Of a DNA stretch of 64,000 bases, positions 39,848-49,715 are shown piece after piece. The position numbers were made by a program, and so were the translations under genes. Source of the DNA: Patescibacteria group bacterium (lineage in GTDB: Bacteria; Patescibacteriota; Patescibacteriia; 2-01-FULL-39-33). The notes under the pieces are model-generated. The model saw nothing but the letters and a program-made list of their open reading frames with translations, was not told the origin of the DNA and did not search any database. The DNA lies in NCBI GenBank assembly GCA_041671305.1, contig JBAZBX010000002.1:5193-69192 (forward strand), written 5' to 3'. How positions within the stretch are numbered: the first letter of the stretch is position 1; every line of letters starts with the position of its first letter.

Positions 39848-42727
39848 TTAATTTAATAATTTCTTCAAATACTGACCTGTATAACTCTCTTTGACTTTGA
39901 CAATATCCAAAGGCGTTCCCTCAGCCACCAAATATCCACCCTTGGTTCCACCTTCCGGACCCAAATCAATCACCCAATCAGCTGATTTTACCACGTCCAA
40001 ATTATGCTCAATAATTAAAACTGAATTTTCCTTGTCCACGAGACGATTAAGCACCTGAAGCAACCTACTGACGTCATCAAAGTGCAATCCGGTGGTAGGT
40101 TCGTCAAGAATATACAGAGTCTTTCCGGTCGGCCTGCGGGATAATTCAGTGGCCAGCTTCACTCTCTGCGCCTCGCCGCCGGAGAGCGTAGTCGCGCTCT
40201 GGCCGAGCCGAAGATACCCGAGCCCGACTTCTTCCAAAATATTTAATTTATCTATAATCTGATTTTTATCTTCAAAAAATCTCTTGGCTTCAGACACGGT
40301 CATATTCAAAACATCAGCAATATTTTTATTTTTGTAAAATATTTCCAAAGCTTCACGATTATATCTCTGTCCGTGGCATTCTTCACATTCCACATAAACA
40401 TCCGGCAAAAATTGCATCTCAATCTTTACCATGCCATCTCCCCCGCAGGTCTCGCATCTGCCTCCGCCCTTAACATTAAAACTGAAATGACCCTGCTTGA
40501 AACCGCGCATCTTGCTTTCCGGCAACGAGGCATACAAATCTCTGATATAAGTAAAGACGCCAGTATAGGTTGCGGGATTGGATCTGGGAGTTCGTCCAAT
40601 GGGAGACTGATCTATGTCAATAACCTTATCCAAATTATCCAATCCTCTAATTTCTTTGTGTTTGCCCGGAAGATCTTTGGTGCGATAAAACTTGGCAGAC
40701 AAAGCCTTGGCCAAAATCTCCGTCATGAGTGTTGATTTTCCAGAACCGGAAACTCCGGTGATGACTACCAGCTTGCCCAAAGGAATTTTGACATCAATAT
40801 TTTTTAAATTGAATTCACTGGCGCCGATTATTTCAATAAATTTGCCATTGCCTTTGCGAAACTGCGACGGCGTATAAATCTTTTTCCTGCCGGAAAGATA
40901 TTGTCCGGTTATAGATTTTTTATCTTTCAAAATTTGATTATAAGTTCCTTCAAAAATAATTTCACCGCCTAGCACTCCTGCGCCCGGACCGATATCAATT
41001 AGATAATCAGAATCCTTCATCATCTGTTCATCATGTTCTACCACGATTACGCTATTTCCCTTGTCGCGAAGTTTTTTTAGAGTTTCAATCAGCCTGGAAG
41101 TATCCCGACCATGAAGTCCGATTGAGGGTTCGTCCAAAACGTAAGTGACTGACTCTAGTCCTGATCCGATTTGTACGGCCAGTCTGATTCTTTGCGCTTC
41201 CCCTCCCGCCAAAGTGTTGGCACTTCTAGAAAGAGTAAGATAATTAAGTCCCACATTCTGTAAAAAAGTCATCTTCTTAATAATTTCCTTGATTACCGCT
41301 TTGGCAATTTTGGCTTCTCTGGAATTAACCGGCCATTTCTTGCTTAGATTATCAAAAAATTTATAAGCTTCATCAATATCCAAATTAGAAAGCTCGGCAA
41401 TATTTAATCCGTCTATGGTCACAGCCAAGGATTCCGGCCTGAGTCTTGTGCCTTTGCAAACCGGACAAGTGGAAATCCTCATATAATCTTCCAAAGTCTT
41501 CTGAAGATATTCCGATTTGGATTCAATATATTTATCATCAAGAAATTTAACTAATCCCTCAAATATTATTTTCCTGCTTGCCTCGCCGAAGCCTTTTGGC
41601 GAAGGCTGGCCATCAATTTCATATTCTTTCCCTCCCGTCCCATGGAAAATAATATCCAATGCGGTTTGAGGCAATTCATTGACGGGCACGCTCAAGGAAA
41701 AATTATTTGCTTCAGCAACTTGCTCCAATAATTTGAAATTAGAACTCTGTGAAGCAAAATTCCTGGCCCAAGGCTTTATAGCTCCCTCAGCCAAAGTCAA
41801 TCTTCTGTTGGGAATAATCAATCCCGGATCAGGCACCAGCTTGATACCCAAACCCCGGCATGAAGGGCAAGCGCCGAACGGAGAATTAAAAGAAAAACTG
41901 CGAGGCTCTATTTCCTGGAGGCTTATCCCGCAATTGTGACAAACATAATACAGATTAAAATTAATATTTTTATCTTCATTGGGAAGAAATACATTAGCGA
42001 AGCCATTACCCAAATCCAATGCCGTGTTTACAGCCTTGGCCAATCTCTGCCAATTCAAATCCAACTTGCTTTGCGACTTTACCTCAGCGCTTATTGCTAC
42101 CGAGTCAATGAGTATTTCAATGGTGTGAGTAGCATCCTTATTCAAATTAATTTTTTTTACTTCTTCAGTAGAATAAAAATTTCCATCAATACGCAAAATC
42201 TCATAACTGCTCTTGATAACTCCCTCCAGCTGTTTATTGTGGCTTCCTTTTTTATTCAAAACAATAGGGGCCAAGATTTGCGCTCTTGATCCCTGTGGAA
42301 GCTTAGATAATTGATCCAAAACCTGATTCGGAGTTTGCTTGGATATTTCTCGTCCGCATTTCGGGCAATGCACCACGCCCACTCTGGCATACATCAAACG
42401 CAAATAATCGTATATTTCCGTGATAGTTCCAACAGTTGATCTGGGATTGACGGAAGATGATTTCTGATCAATGGCAATAGTCGGAGTGAGTCCTTCTATA
42501 CTATCTACATCTGGTTTATCCATCAAATCCAAAAATTGTTTGGCATAAGAAGAAAGACTCTCCGCATAGCGCCTCTGCCCTTCAGCGTAAATAGTATCAA
42601 ACGCTAGCGATGACTTGCCAGAACCGGAAAGTCCGGTGATGACAACGAGTTTTTCTTTGGGAATATCAAGATCAATTCCCTTGAGATTGTTGACTCGCGC
42701 GCCTTTGATGGAAATTTTATCCAGCAT
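39848..42727 (-). CDS. uvrA: Excinuclease ABC subunit A
   Basis: Two ABC ATPase domains ([14 protein letters not shown]; GVSGSGKST; LSGGEAQR; LDEPTTGLH) and Zn fingers. Confidence 0.98.
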   Translation of the reverse strand: MLDKISIKGARVNNLKGIDLDIPKEKLVVITGLSGSGKSSLAFDTIYAEGQRRYAESLSSYAKQFLDLMDKPDVDSIEGLTPTIAIDQKSSSVNPRSTVGTITEIYDYLRLMYARVGVVHCPKCGREISKQTPNQVLDQLSKLPQGSRAQILAPIVLNKKGSHNKQLEGVIKSSYEILRIDGNFYSTEEVKKINLNKDATHTIEILIDSVAISAEVKSQSKLDLNWQRLAKAVNTALDLGNGFANVFLPNEDKNINFNLYYVCHNCGISLQEIEPRSFSFNSPFGACPSCRGLGIKLVPDPGLIIPNRRLTLAEGAIKPWARNFASQSSNFKLLEQVAEANNFSLSVPVNELPQTALDIIFHGTGGKEYEIDGQPSPKGFGEASRKIIFEGLVKFLDDKYIESKSEYLQKTLEDYMRISTCPVCKGTRLRPESLAVTIDGLNIAELSNLDIDEAYKFFDNLSKKWPVNSREAKIAKAVIKEIIKKMTFLQNVGLNYLTLSRSANTLAGGEAQRIRLAVQIGSGLESVTYVLDEPSIGLHGRDTSRLIETLKKLRDKGNSVIVVEHDEQMMKDSDYLIDIGPGAGVLGGEIIFEGTYNQILKDKKSITGQYLSGRKKIYTPSQFRKGNGKFIEIIGASEFNLKNIDVKIPLGKLVVITGVSGSGKSTLMTEILAKALSAKFYRTKDLPGKHKEIRGLDNLDKVIDIDQSPIGRTPRSNPATYTGVFTYIRDLYASLPESKMRGFKQGHFSFNVKGGGRCETCGGDGMVKIEMQFLPDVYVECEECHGQRYNREALEIFYKNKNIADVLNMTVSEAKRFFEDKNQIIDKLNILEEVGLGYLRLGQSATTLSGGEAQRVKLATELSRRPTGKTLYILDEPTTGLHFDDVSRLLQVLNRLVDKENSVLIIEHNLDVVKSADWVIDLGPEGGTKGGYLVAEGTPLDIVKVKESYTGQYLKKLLN
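41573..41610. repeat. Short palindromic element in-frame in uvrA
   Basis: cctcgcc-gaagcctttt-ggcgaagg hairpin, a GC island in AT-rich coding sequence. It encodes [12 protein letters not shown] and has a homolog at 10374-10404. Confidence 0.7.
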
Positions 42728-42778
42728 GTAATATGGATGATTATTAAACCATATGGAAGAATCGGTAAATTAACGTCC

Positions 42779-42807
42779 ATTATAAACTAAAATTACTTCC
42801 TTGTCAA
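42779..42807 (-). promoter_or_regulatory. Consensus sigma70 promoter of uvrA
   Basis: Perfect TTGACA-17 bp-TATAAT on the minus strand, about 50 bp upstream of the ATG. Confidence 0.75.
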
Positions 42808-42851
42808 AAGGTTTCCCGCTTTCTGGCATCAAAACTCCCAGAAAAATAAAA

Positions 42852-42877
42852 AACACCCCATTAATTGGGGCGTTTTT
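42852..42877 (-). terminator. Intrinsic terminator after the DUF805 gene
   Basis: aaacacccca-ttaat-tggggcgttt hairpin with a T tract on the minus strand. Confidence 0.6.
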
Positions 42878-42890
42878 GCATAAAATTAAA

Positions 42891-43277
42891 CTAAACGGTT
42901 GTTCCAGCAACTCCCTTAGGATTGGGTCCATATTTGTTATCACCTGACTGGCTATCGGTCACCATAAATACAAGAAGAACAATAGCGCCGATTATAGGAA
43001 TAAGAGAAATAAAAAGCCACCAACCAGTACGGCCAGTGTCATGAAGTCTTCTTATAGCGACTGCCAAAGATGGCAAAAGAACTGCCAAAGAATAAAGTCC
43101 GCTTAGTATTCCCATATTAAAATTTGAGGTACTGCTATAAGTACCAATAAACATATCAATGATAGATAATACAATCATAATAATCATATTGAACAAAACA
43201 AAATACCAATACTCACTACGAGTAGCACGTCCACTAAATACCACGTACTTCTTCAGTACTTCAACATAATAATTCAT
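42891..43277 (-). CDS. DUF805 family membrane protein
   Basis: KYVVFSGRATRSEYWYF, AVAIRRLHDTGRTGWW and NKYGPNP. Confidence 0.93.
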   Translation of the reverse strand: MNYYVEVLKKYVVFSGRATRSEYWYFVLFNMIIMIVLSIIDMFIGTYSSTSNFNMGILSGLYSLAVLLPSLAVAIRRLHDTGRTGWWLFISLIPIIGAIVLLVFMVTDSQSGDNKYGPNPKGVAGTTV

Positions 43278-43357
43278 AATTTTATTTTTAAATTATTTTT
43301 ATTTGAGAAAACTATTTTTCGACCTACAAAGAATTAAATTCTTCGTTAAATAGTTAT

Positions 43358-44260
43358 TTACATTAAACCGTATTTAGCAATATTATCATCAGCTATTTTC
43401 TGAATCTTGGCAATTTCCGTTTTGCCACCATCATCCTTAAATAAATGTTTGAATCTTTTTTGCGGTTTCAAAAATTCTTCAACTGGAATCTTCTTGGTTA
43501 TCTTCTGAGTCTTTTCTAATTTGCCGTTGATGTATTCCACGATTGGATAAAATCCAGATTGGACTGCGGACTTCGCTACATCCATAGTATCTTTCGGCTC
43601 TATTCCCCAGCCTGGCACGCATGGACAATAAATTTGTAAATATTTTGAACCCTTGATTGATAACGCCTTTTTTACTTTCGCAACCACATCCAAAGTATTG
43701 CCCACGCTAGCAGTAGCGACATAAGGCAAATGATGAGCCAAAGCAATGCCAATCATATCTTTTTTGAGTTGCTGGCTGCCCAAAGATTTTTTTCCGGGAG
43801 GCGTGGTGGTTGTATTGGCATCAAGAGGCGTGGAACCGCTGGATTGGTATCCCGTATTCTGATAAGCTTCATTGTCATAGCAGACATAGAGGGTGTTTTC
43901 TCCTCTCTCCCACATACCTGAGATAAGACCGATACCTATATCAAAAGTCGCTCCATCTCCGCCCACAACCAAAATATTGATTTTGTCTTCCAATCCCTTG
44001 GACTTGAGCGCGGCCAAAATTCCCGAAGCAATTGAAGCCGGATTTTCAAACAAAGAATGAATCCAAGGCATTTTGAAAGCCGTCATGGGGTATTGAGTCG
44101 TCGTTACTTCACTGCATCCTGTGGCGTTGGCAACAATCGTATTGGGTCCTGCCGTATCCATCACCAATCTGGAAGCAATAATCATGCCACAACCAGCACA
44201 AGCGCTATGACCTGGATTTATCTGATGTGATGTCGGAGCTTTGTATTTTTTATTTTCCAT
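43358..44260 (-). CDS. porB: Pyruvate:ferredoxin oxidoreductase beta subunit
   Basis: GHSACAGCG, TPP motif GGDGATFDIG..YDNEAYQNTG and CPCVPGW. Confidence 0.93.
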   Translation of the reverse strand: MENKKYKAPTSHQINPGHSACAGCGMIIASRLVMDTAGPNTIVANATGCSEVTTTQYPMTAFKMPWIHSLFENPASIASGILAALKSKGLEDKINILVVGGDGATFDIGIGLISGMWERGENTLYVCYDNEAYQNTGYQSSGSTPLDANTTTTPPGKKSLGSQQLKKDMIGIALAHHLPYVATASVGNTLDVVAKVKKALSIKGSKYLQIYCPCVPGWGIEPKDTMDVAKSAVQSGFYPIVEYINGKLEKTQKITKKIPVEEFLKPQKRFKHLFKDDGGKTEIAKIQKIADDNIAKYGLM

Positions 44261-44264
44261 ATAT

Positions 44265-45392
44265 TTATTTACCTACAAAAATTACTTTTTCTTTTGTTTT
44301 CTTTACGCTTTCATAGACCTTTTTGATCATCTCCTTGGTAATATCCCTTCCTCCCAAGCCCAAGATGTAACTGACAATATTTTTTTTCTCTCCGTTTAAG
44401 GCTCTCTTTATTTCTGTGGCGATAGTTCCTTCAGTGCCAAGGGAAATAGACTTGTCTATCACCGCAATATTTTTTGCTTTAGTGAGAGCTTTGGCTATTT
44501 CTTCATCCGGAAACGGTCTGAAAGAAACGATTTTCAAAACTCCAATTTTTTCTTCTACTAATTCATCCACTGCCTCTTTTATAGTGCCCAGCACTGAACC
44601 AATAGCCACAATGACGGTTTCCGCGTTTTCATCGCCATAATATTCAATCAAATTTAAATTCCGGCCAAAAATTTTCTGGAATTCTTTCATTTCTTTGGCA
44701 ATAACTTTTTTGCTGGCGACAATATCATCATGTAATTCCTGCCTTATTTCCATATAATGCGCTGGCGTGGCAAAAGCGCCGAAAGTCAACGGATTATCTA
44801 CATCCAAAAATTCTGTCGGATTATACTCCGGCAAATATTTTTTTACCATGTCTAATTCCGGAACATCAACCGGCTCTACCACATGGGTAAGCACGAACCC
44901 GTCCAGATTTACCATCACAGGAATAAGTAATTGTTCTGCCACTTTATAAGCCAAGACGTGTAGATCACAAACCTCTTGGACAGTCTCGCCAAAAAGCATA
45001 ATCCAACCGGCATCGCGAGTCACCATTACGTCTTGCTGATCATTCCAAATGTTAATCGGAGCGGATATAGCGCGATTGGCGTCAGTCATGACCACGGGCA
45101 ATCTCATGCCGGCAATATTAAATAGCACTTCAAACATCAACAAAAGTCCTTGCGATGAAGTGGCCGTATAAGTACGAACTCCGGTGGCTGAAGCGCCTTC
45201 CACAATGGAAGCGGCGGCAAATTCGCTCTCAGCTCGAACATATTCAAAATCCGCGTCACCGTTGGCCTTCAACTTTGCCAATTCTTCCACAATATGAGTT
45301 TGCGGAGTAATGGGATAAGCAGAGACCACCTTGGGACCAATGGCTTGAATTGTCTCGGCAATCGCTCTACTGCCTTCTAATATTTTTTTCAT
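44265..45392 (-). CDS. porA: Pyruvate:ferredoxin oxidoreductase alpha subunit
   Basis: SAYPITPQT, ESEFAAAS, TATSSQGL and GLGGRDI. Confidence 0.93.
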   Translation of the reverse strand: MKKILEGSRAIAETIQAIGPKVVSAYPITPQTHIVEELAKLKANGDADFEYVRAESEFAAASIVEGASATGVRTYTATSSQGLLLMFEVLFNIAGMRLPVVMTDANRAISAPINIWNDQQDVMVTRDAGWIMLFGETVQEVCDLHVLAYKVAEQLLIPVMVNLDGFVLTHVVEPVDVPELDMVKKYLPEYNPTEFLDVDNPLTFGAFATPAHYMEIRQELHDDIVASKKVIAKEMKEFQKIFGRNLNLIEYYGDENAETVIVAIGSVLGTIKEAVDELVEEKIGVLKIVSFRPFPDEEIAKALTKAKNIAVIDKSISLGTEGTIATEIKRALNGEKKNIVSYILGLGGRDITKEMIKKVYESVKKTKEKVIFVGK

Positions 45393-45401
45393 ATTTTGAT
45401 T

Positions 45402-45677
45402 TTATTTTTTCTCTTCTTTCATTTCAATCGCCTTAACCGGACATTCTTTGGCGCACAGTCCGCAACCCTTGCACCAATCCAAGTCACAAGCATAAAAATT
45501 CTTGCCGACTGAATTCTTCTCACCAGTCGGAAAACAAATTCCTTCGGGACAGACTCTTTCGCAATTTCCACACCCAATGCATTTCTCATAATTAATAACT
45601 GAATAGACCAGCTCACGCCAATTACCGGTTTTCACCTGCGAAGAACTTCCCGGTTTGGCTGTTAGAGATATTTTCAT
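45402..45677 (-). CDS. porD: Pyruvate:ferredoxin oxidoreductase delta subunit (2x[4Fe-4S])
   Basis: KTGNWR, CIGCGNCERVCP and CKGCGLCAKECP. Confidence 0.92.
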   Translation of the reverse strand: MKISLTAKPGSSSQVKTGNWRELVYSVINYEKCIGCGNCERVCPEGICFPTGEKNSVGKNFYACDLDWCKGCGLCAKECPVKAIEMKEEKK

Positions 45678-45691
45678 ATTGAATTTCTAAA

Positions 45692-46228
45692 TTATTTAAT
45701 CATCTCATATCCGCGTCTTGCCGCTTCCACATTTTTCTCACCGATTTCTCCGCTAAATCTTTCTCTAATGGCTTTCTCTACCGATTCAATGCTGATTAAT
45801 CCTGACAGGCCGGCAAACGCCCCCAGAAGAATTGTATTAATAATCGGCCTGCCAATTATTTCCATGGCCAAATCGGTTCCGGAAATTACTTTTAGCGTTA
45901 CGCCACTGGGCAAATTGATATTTTCCGGCATCTTAGAAGCATTGACTAGGACAGTGGAGCCTTTTTCCAATCCGGCAAAAACATCTACGCCACCAATCAA
46001 ACTGGCGTCTTGAATTATCACAAAATTAGGATTATAAACCTGGCTACGAAGCCTGATATATTTATCATCAATTCTCACATAAGCGGCCACCGGCGCTCCC
46101 CTTCTCTCCACACCAAAATTAGGGAAAGCCTGGGAAAACTTGCCATCATAAAAAACCGCCTCAGCAATGAGTTCGGCCATAGTAACTGACCCTTGACCGC
46201 CTCGGCCGTGTATTCTTATTTCAATCAT
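45692..46228 (-). CDS. porC: Pyruvate:ferredoxin oxidoreductase gamma subunit
   Basis: EIRIHGRGGQG, FGVERRGAPV and NTILLGA. Confidence 0.93.
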   Translation of the reverse strand: MIEIRIHGRGGQGSVTMAELIAEAVFYDGKFSQAFPNFGVERRGAPVAAYVRIDDKYIRLRSQVYNPNFVIIQDASLIGGVDVFAGLEKGSTVLVNASKMPENINLPSGVTLKVISGTDLAMEIIGRPIINTILLGAFAGLSGLISIESVEKAIRERFSGEIGEKNVEAARRGYEMIK

Positions 46229-46255
46229 AAATTAAATTTAATTTTGAATTTGATT

Positions 46256-47152
46256 CTAATTATTTTGTCCTGTAATTTGCTTGTACTTGCTCAAAATGGC
46301 TTCCCAATCAGCGGAAGTAATGGCTCCTTCCAATTTCTTGCCGTTGACGAAAAAGGTTGGCGTGCCCACTATTCCTAAATTCTGACCGTCAATTGAATCC
46401 TGCGACACCTGGCTGACATATTTGCCTGACTGGATGCATGCTCCCATTTTATTCCAGTCCAGACCCAAAGACTGCACCAAATTTTGAAGATCCGCCGTTG
46501 AATTAATGCTTCCAAAATTAGTATACAATTTATCATGGAAAATCCAAAATTTTCCTTGATCGCCGGCACACAAAGAAGCCTGAGCCAAAAGATTTGAATT
46601 CTCATCTATAACCACATAATTCCTGAATATATATAATACCTCATCCTGGTGCTTGGTGACAAATCCTCTGATCGCCGAAAATTCCGCTTCACAGACAGAA
46701 CATTGAAAATCAGCGAATTCCACAATCACCAACGTTGATGACGGATTGCCCCACATGGGCCTGTCCATTTTTTCCGCCAAAAGCCTGGTAGAATCCTTAA
46801 CCGTTGCAATAACCCCCGTCGCCACCGTAGATGAAGAAGATGAAACAACCGCGGAAGTAGACGAGGTAGTAAATAAATTATCAATATTATTCAATTGCCC
46901 TGAACCGGATTTATCCACGCCAAAATTAGAAATAATTAGATAAACTACCAAGGCAAGAAGCAAAATTATCACTATCATGCCTGCGATAATGGCCTTGCCC
47001 CAACCTTTTTTATACCATTTAACTGCCACAGCGAGGTATTGCTCAGAAATCTGCTGGTCACCAGCATCAGACAAACCGAAAGTATTATCACCAACGGAGT
47101 TATCTATAGAGCTATTTGATGTAGCATCCTGGTTCTCGTAATTATTATCCAT
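46256..47152 (-). CDS. Membrane-anchored DsbA-family oxidoreductase
   Basis: TM anchor, IVEFADFQCSVC and GIVGTPTFFVNG. Confidence 0.88.
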   Translation of the reverse strand: MDNNYENQDATSNSSIDNSVGDNTFGLSDAGDQQISEQYLAVAVKWYKKGWGKAIIAGMIVIILLLALVVYLIISNFGVDKSGSGQLNNIDNLFTTSSTSAVVSSSSSTVATGVIATVKDSTRLLAEKMDRPMWGNPSSTLVIVEFADFQCSVCEAEFSAIRGFVTKHQDEVLYIFRNYVVIDENSNLLAQASLCAGDQGKFWIFHDKLYTNFGSINSTADLQNLVQSLGLDWNKMGACIQSGKYVSQVSQDSIDGQNLGIVGTPTFFVNGKKLEGAITSADWEAILSKYKQITGQNN

Positions 47153-47225
47153 ATTTTATGGGGTTATCAAAAGCTAATTATCACTGACATTTGAATTATA
47201 TCATAATTCTCATTACCCTCCAACA

Positions 47226-47254
47226 TTGACTTAGTTAAAAAACTATGCTAATAT
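47226..47254 (+). promoter_or_regulatory. Sigma70-type promoter of secG
   Basis: TTGACT-17 bp-TAATAT with a TG extended -10. Confidence 0.45.
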
Positions 47255-47280
47255 AAACATATCAAATTAATTTTTTTATT

Positions 47281-47490
47281 ATGTGGATTAACATAATTCA
47301 ACTTATTTCTGCTATAGCTTTAATTATAGCAATTTTATTACAAAATCGTGGTTCCGGACTTGGCTCTGCTTTCGGCGGAGAGGGCAATGCCTACAGATCC
47401 AAGAGAGGAATAGAAAAAGTTTTGGTCCAAGTATCAGTCGTCTTGGCTATCATCTTTTTTGTTACTGCCTTTATCAATCTCCTATATTAA
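47281..47490 (+). CDS. secG: Preprotein translocase subunit SecG
   Basis: ILLQNRGSGLGSAFGG...RGIEKVL between two TM helices. Confidence 0.93.
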   Translation: MWINIIQLISAIALIIAILLQNRGSGLGSAFGGEGNAYRSKRGIEKVLVQVSVVLAIIFFVTAFINLLY

Positions 47491-47544
47491 TCTAGCCAGC
47501 GGAATATTTCCTATGGCCTAAAACATTTTTAATCGGTAAATTCC

Positions 47545-49374
47545 GTGAATTTATTATCTTCGTGGAGAAAAAAAATTTCTAGTTTTTTTTCTGCCCAAAA
47601 CAAGCAACTTAGAGAATTTCAGAAGCAACACAGGCTGGATATGCATCTGGTCAGTTCTTTGAATAAATCCAAATTCCCAACCCTCAAGCAATTAAAACAT
47701 CTACCAAAAATGTTGAACAAAAAAGAGAAAAGAACTATGGGAGTACTAACCGCCATAGTGCTTTTGGGAGTAATTCTGCTAATTACAAATTTATATTTTC
47801 TCGTTACTACCCCCATACCGCAAAGAGGTGGCCAATACACGGAAGGATTAATCGGCGCTCCACGCTTTATCAATCCCCTATTGTCGCAAACCAATGACGT
47901 TGATCAAGATATTTCCAAGCTGATTTTCTCCGGCCTGCTGAAATTTGACAAGGACAGAATATTAACTCCCGATCTGGCTGAAAGCTATGAAATTTCCGAC
48001 AATCAATTAGTCTATACCTTCCACCTGAGACAAAACATTAAATGGCATGATGGCGAACCATTCAAAGCCGATGATGTGATTTTTACCATGGCTTCAATCC
48101 AGGATCCGGAATTCAAAAGTCCTTTATCCATAAGTTTCCAAGGCATCATGGCGGAAAAAATTGATGACAATACCATAAAATTTACGCTCAAGGAACCATT
48201 TGCCCCTTTCCTGGGACTGATGACTTTTGGAATTTTGCCGGAACATCTATGGTATAATGTGCCCGCCACCAATGCCGATCTGACAGAACTCAACAAAAAA
48301 CCCATAGGCACAGGCTCATGGCAATTTGATTCATTCAAAAAAGACAAGAATGGAATTATTTTTTCTTACACGTTAATCCCTAATCCATATTATTATGGCG
48401 ATAGGCCAAACTTGGAAAAAATTGTTTTTAAATTTTATGGGGATTTTGCTTCTGCCATAGATGCTCTCAAAAACAAAAGCGTGCAAGCCATCGCTTATTT
48501 GCCACAGGAGTTCCAAACAGAGCTAAAAAAATATAAAAATATAAATTATCAAAAATTAGATCAGCCTCAATATACGGCCATGTTTTTCAATCAGAAAAAT
48601 AATGGCTTCCTCCAAGCTGATTATATTAGGCAGGCTTTAGCTCTATCCATAGACAAGCAAAAAATCATAGATACAGTACTTCCCGGCAACGCCAATATTA
48701 TTGATACCCCCACCCTGCCAGGAGTTGATACCAATCCGGACATAAAAAAATATAATTATGATCCGCAGTCTGCCGTAACTCTCCTGGAGAAAAACGGCTG
48801 GCAACTTAACTCCACTACGACGAACGGAATTACCCAGCAAGTAAGGCAAAAGAAAAATCAAACTTTGGAAATTACCATAACTACGGTTGATCAGCCTCAA
48901 AATAGCAAAATTGCCGATCTCATCAAACAAGACTGGGAACAAATAGGTATCAAGACAAACATCCAGCTCGTAGATAAATCCAAAATTCTTCAAGATGTCA
49001 TAAATACCAGAAAGTATGAAGTGTTGCTCTTTGGAGAAAACTTAGGTTCGGATCCTGATCCGTTCCCCTTTTGGCATTCTTCGCAAAATGAATATCCCGG
49101 TTTGAACTTGGCTATCTTTTCCAACAAAACAGTAGATCAACTGTTGGAAAATGCCAGAAAAACCAATGATTGGGAAGCCAGAAAAAAGAATTATCTTGAA
49201 TTCCAAAAAATAGTCGCTCAGGAACTTCCTGCTATTTTCTTATACAATCAAATATATATTTATCCTCAAGATAACAGCATCAAGGGCTTTGATGTCAAAA
49301 ACATCTCGGCGCCGTCTGATCGTTTTGCCAACTTATACCAATGGTATGAGAAAACCAAGCGAATCTGGAAATAG
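47545..49374 (+). CDS. Peptide ABC transporter substrate-binding protein (family 5)
   Basis: LIFSGL..PDLAESYEIS..YTFHLRQNIKWHDGEPFKADDVIFT and PIGTGSW. Confidence 0.92.
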   Translation: MNLLSSWRKKISSFFSAQNKQLREFQKQHRLDMHLVSSLNKSKFPTLKQLKHLPKMLNKKEKRTMGVLTAIVLLGVILLITNLYFLVTTPIPQRGGQYTEGLIGAPRFINPLLSQTNDVDQDISKLIFSGLLKFDKDRILTPDLAESYEISDNQLVYTFHLRQNIKWHDGEPFKADDVIFTMASIQDPEFKSPLSISFQGIMAEKIDDNTIKFTLKEPFAPFLGLMTFGILPEHLWYNVPATNADLTELNKKPIGTGSWQFDSFKKDKNGIIFSYTLIPNPYYYGDRPNLEKIVFKFYGDFASAIDALKNKSVQAIAYLPQEFQTELKKYKNINYQKLDQPQYTAMFFNQKNNGFLQADYIRQALALSIDKQKIIDTVLPGNANIIDTPTLPGVDTNPDIKKYNYDPQSAVTLLEKNGWQLNSTTTNGITQQVRQKKNQTLEITITTVDQPQNSKIADLIKQDWEQIGIKTNIQLVDKSKILQDVINTRKYEVLLFGENLGSDPDPFPFWHSSQNEYPGLNLAIFSNKTVDQLLENARKTNDWEARKKNYLEFQKIVAQELPAIFLYNQIYIYPQDNSIKGFDVKNISAPSDRFANLYQWYEKTKRIWK

Positions 49375-49379
49375 AATAA

Positions 49380-49430
49380 AATAACCAAGAAACGATAATC
49401 GAGTTAGGTATTTAATTGTCTTGGTTATTG
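49380..49430. repeat. AATAACCAAGA-family palindromic element
   Basis: aataaccaaga ... tcttggttatt inverted pair directly upstream of tRNA-Leu. Confidence 0.6.
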
Positions 49431-49439
49431 CCGTAATCG

Positions 49440-49522
49440 GCCGATGTGGTGAAATGGTATACACGCACGGTTCAGAACCGTGTGGGAGCAATCCCGTGAG
49501 AGTTCAAATCTCTCCATCGGCA
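49440..49522 (+). tRNA. tRNA-Leu (anticodon CAG)
   Basis: GCCGATG/CATCGGC acceptor, anticodon arm CACGG-TTCAGAA-CCGTG, long variable arm, A discriminator. Confidence 0.95.
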
Positions 49523-49715
49523 TAAATAGTGAATTTGTTAATAATATAAATTCTGCCCTCTTGCTGTGACTAACCTCTCCACAGCTAAGAATTTATATAT
49601 TTGAGTTAATTGCAAACCCGACTTGCAATCAGCTCACAGTGATAAAACTCTATTAATTTTATAAATAACTTTAATTCTCAATGGAATTAAATAATTCCAT
49701 TTTTGAAAAAAATGT

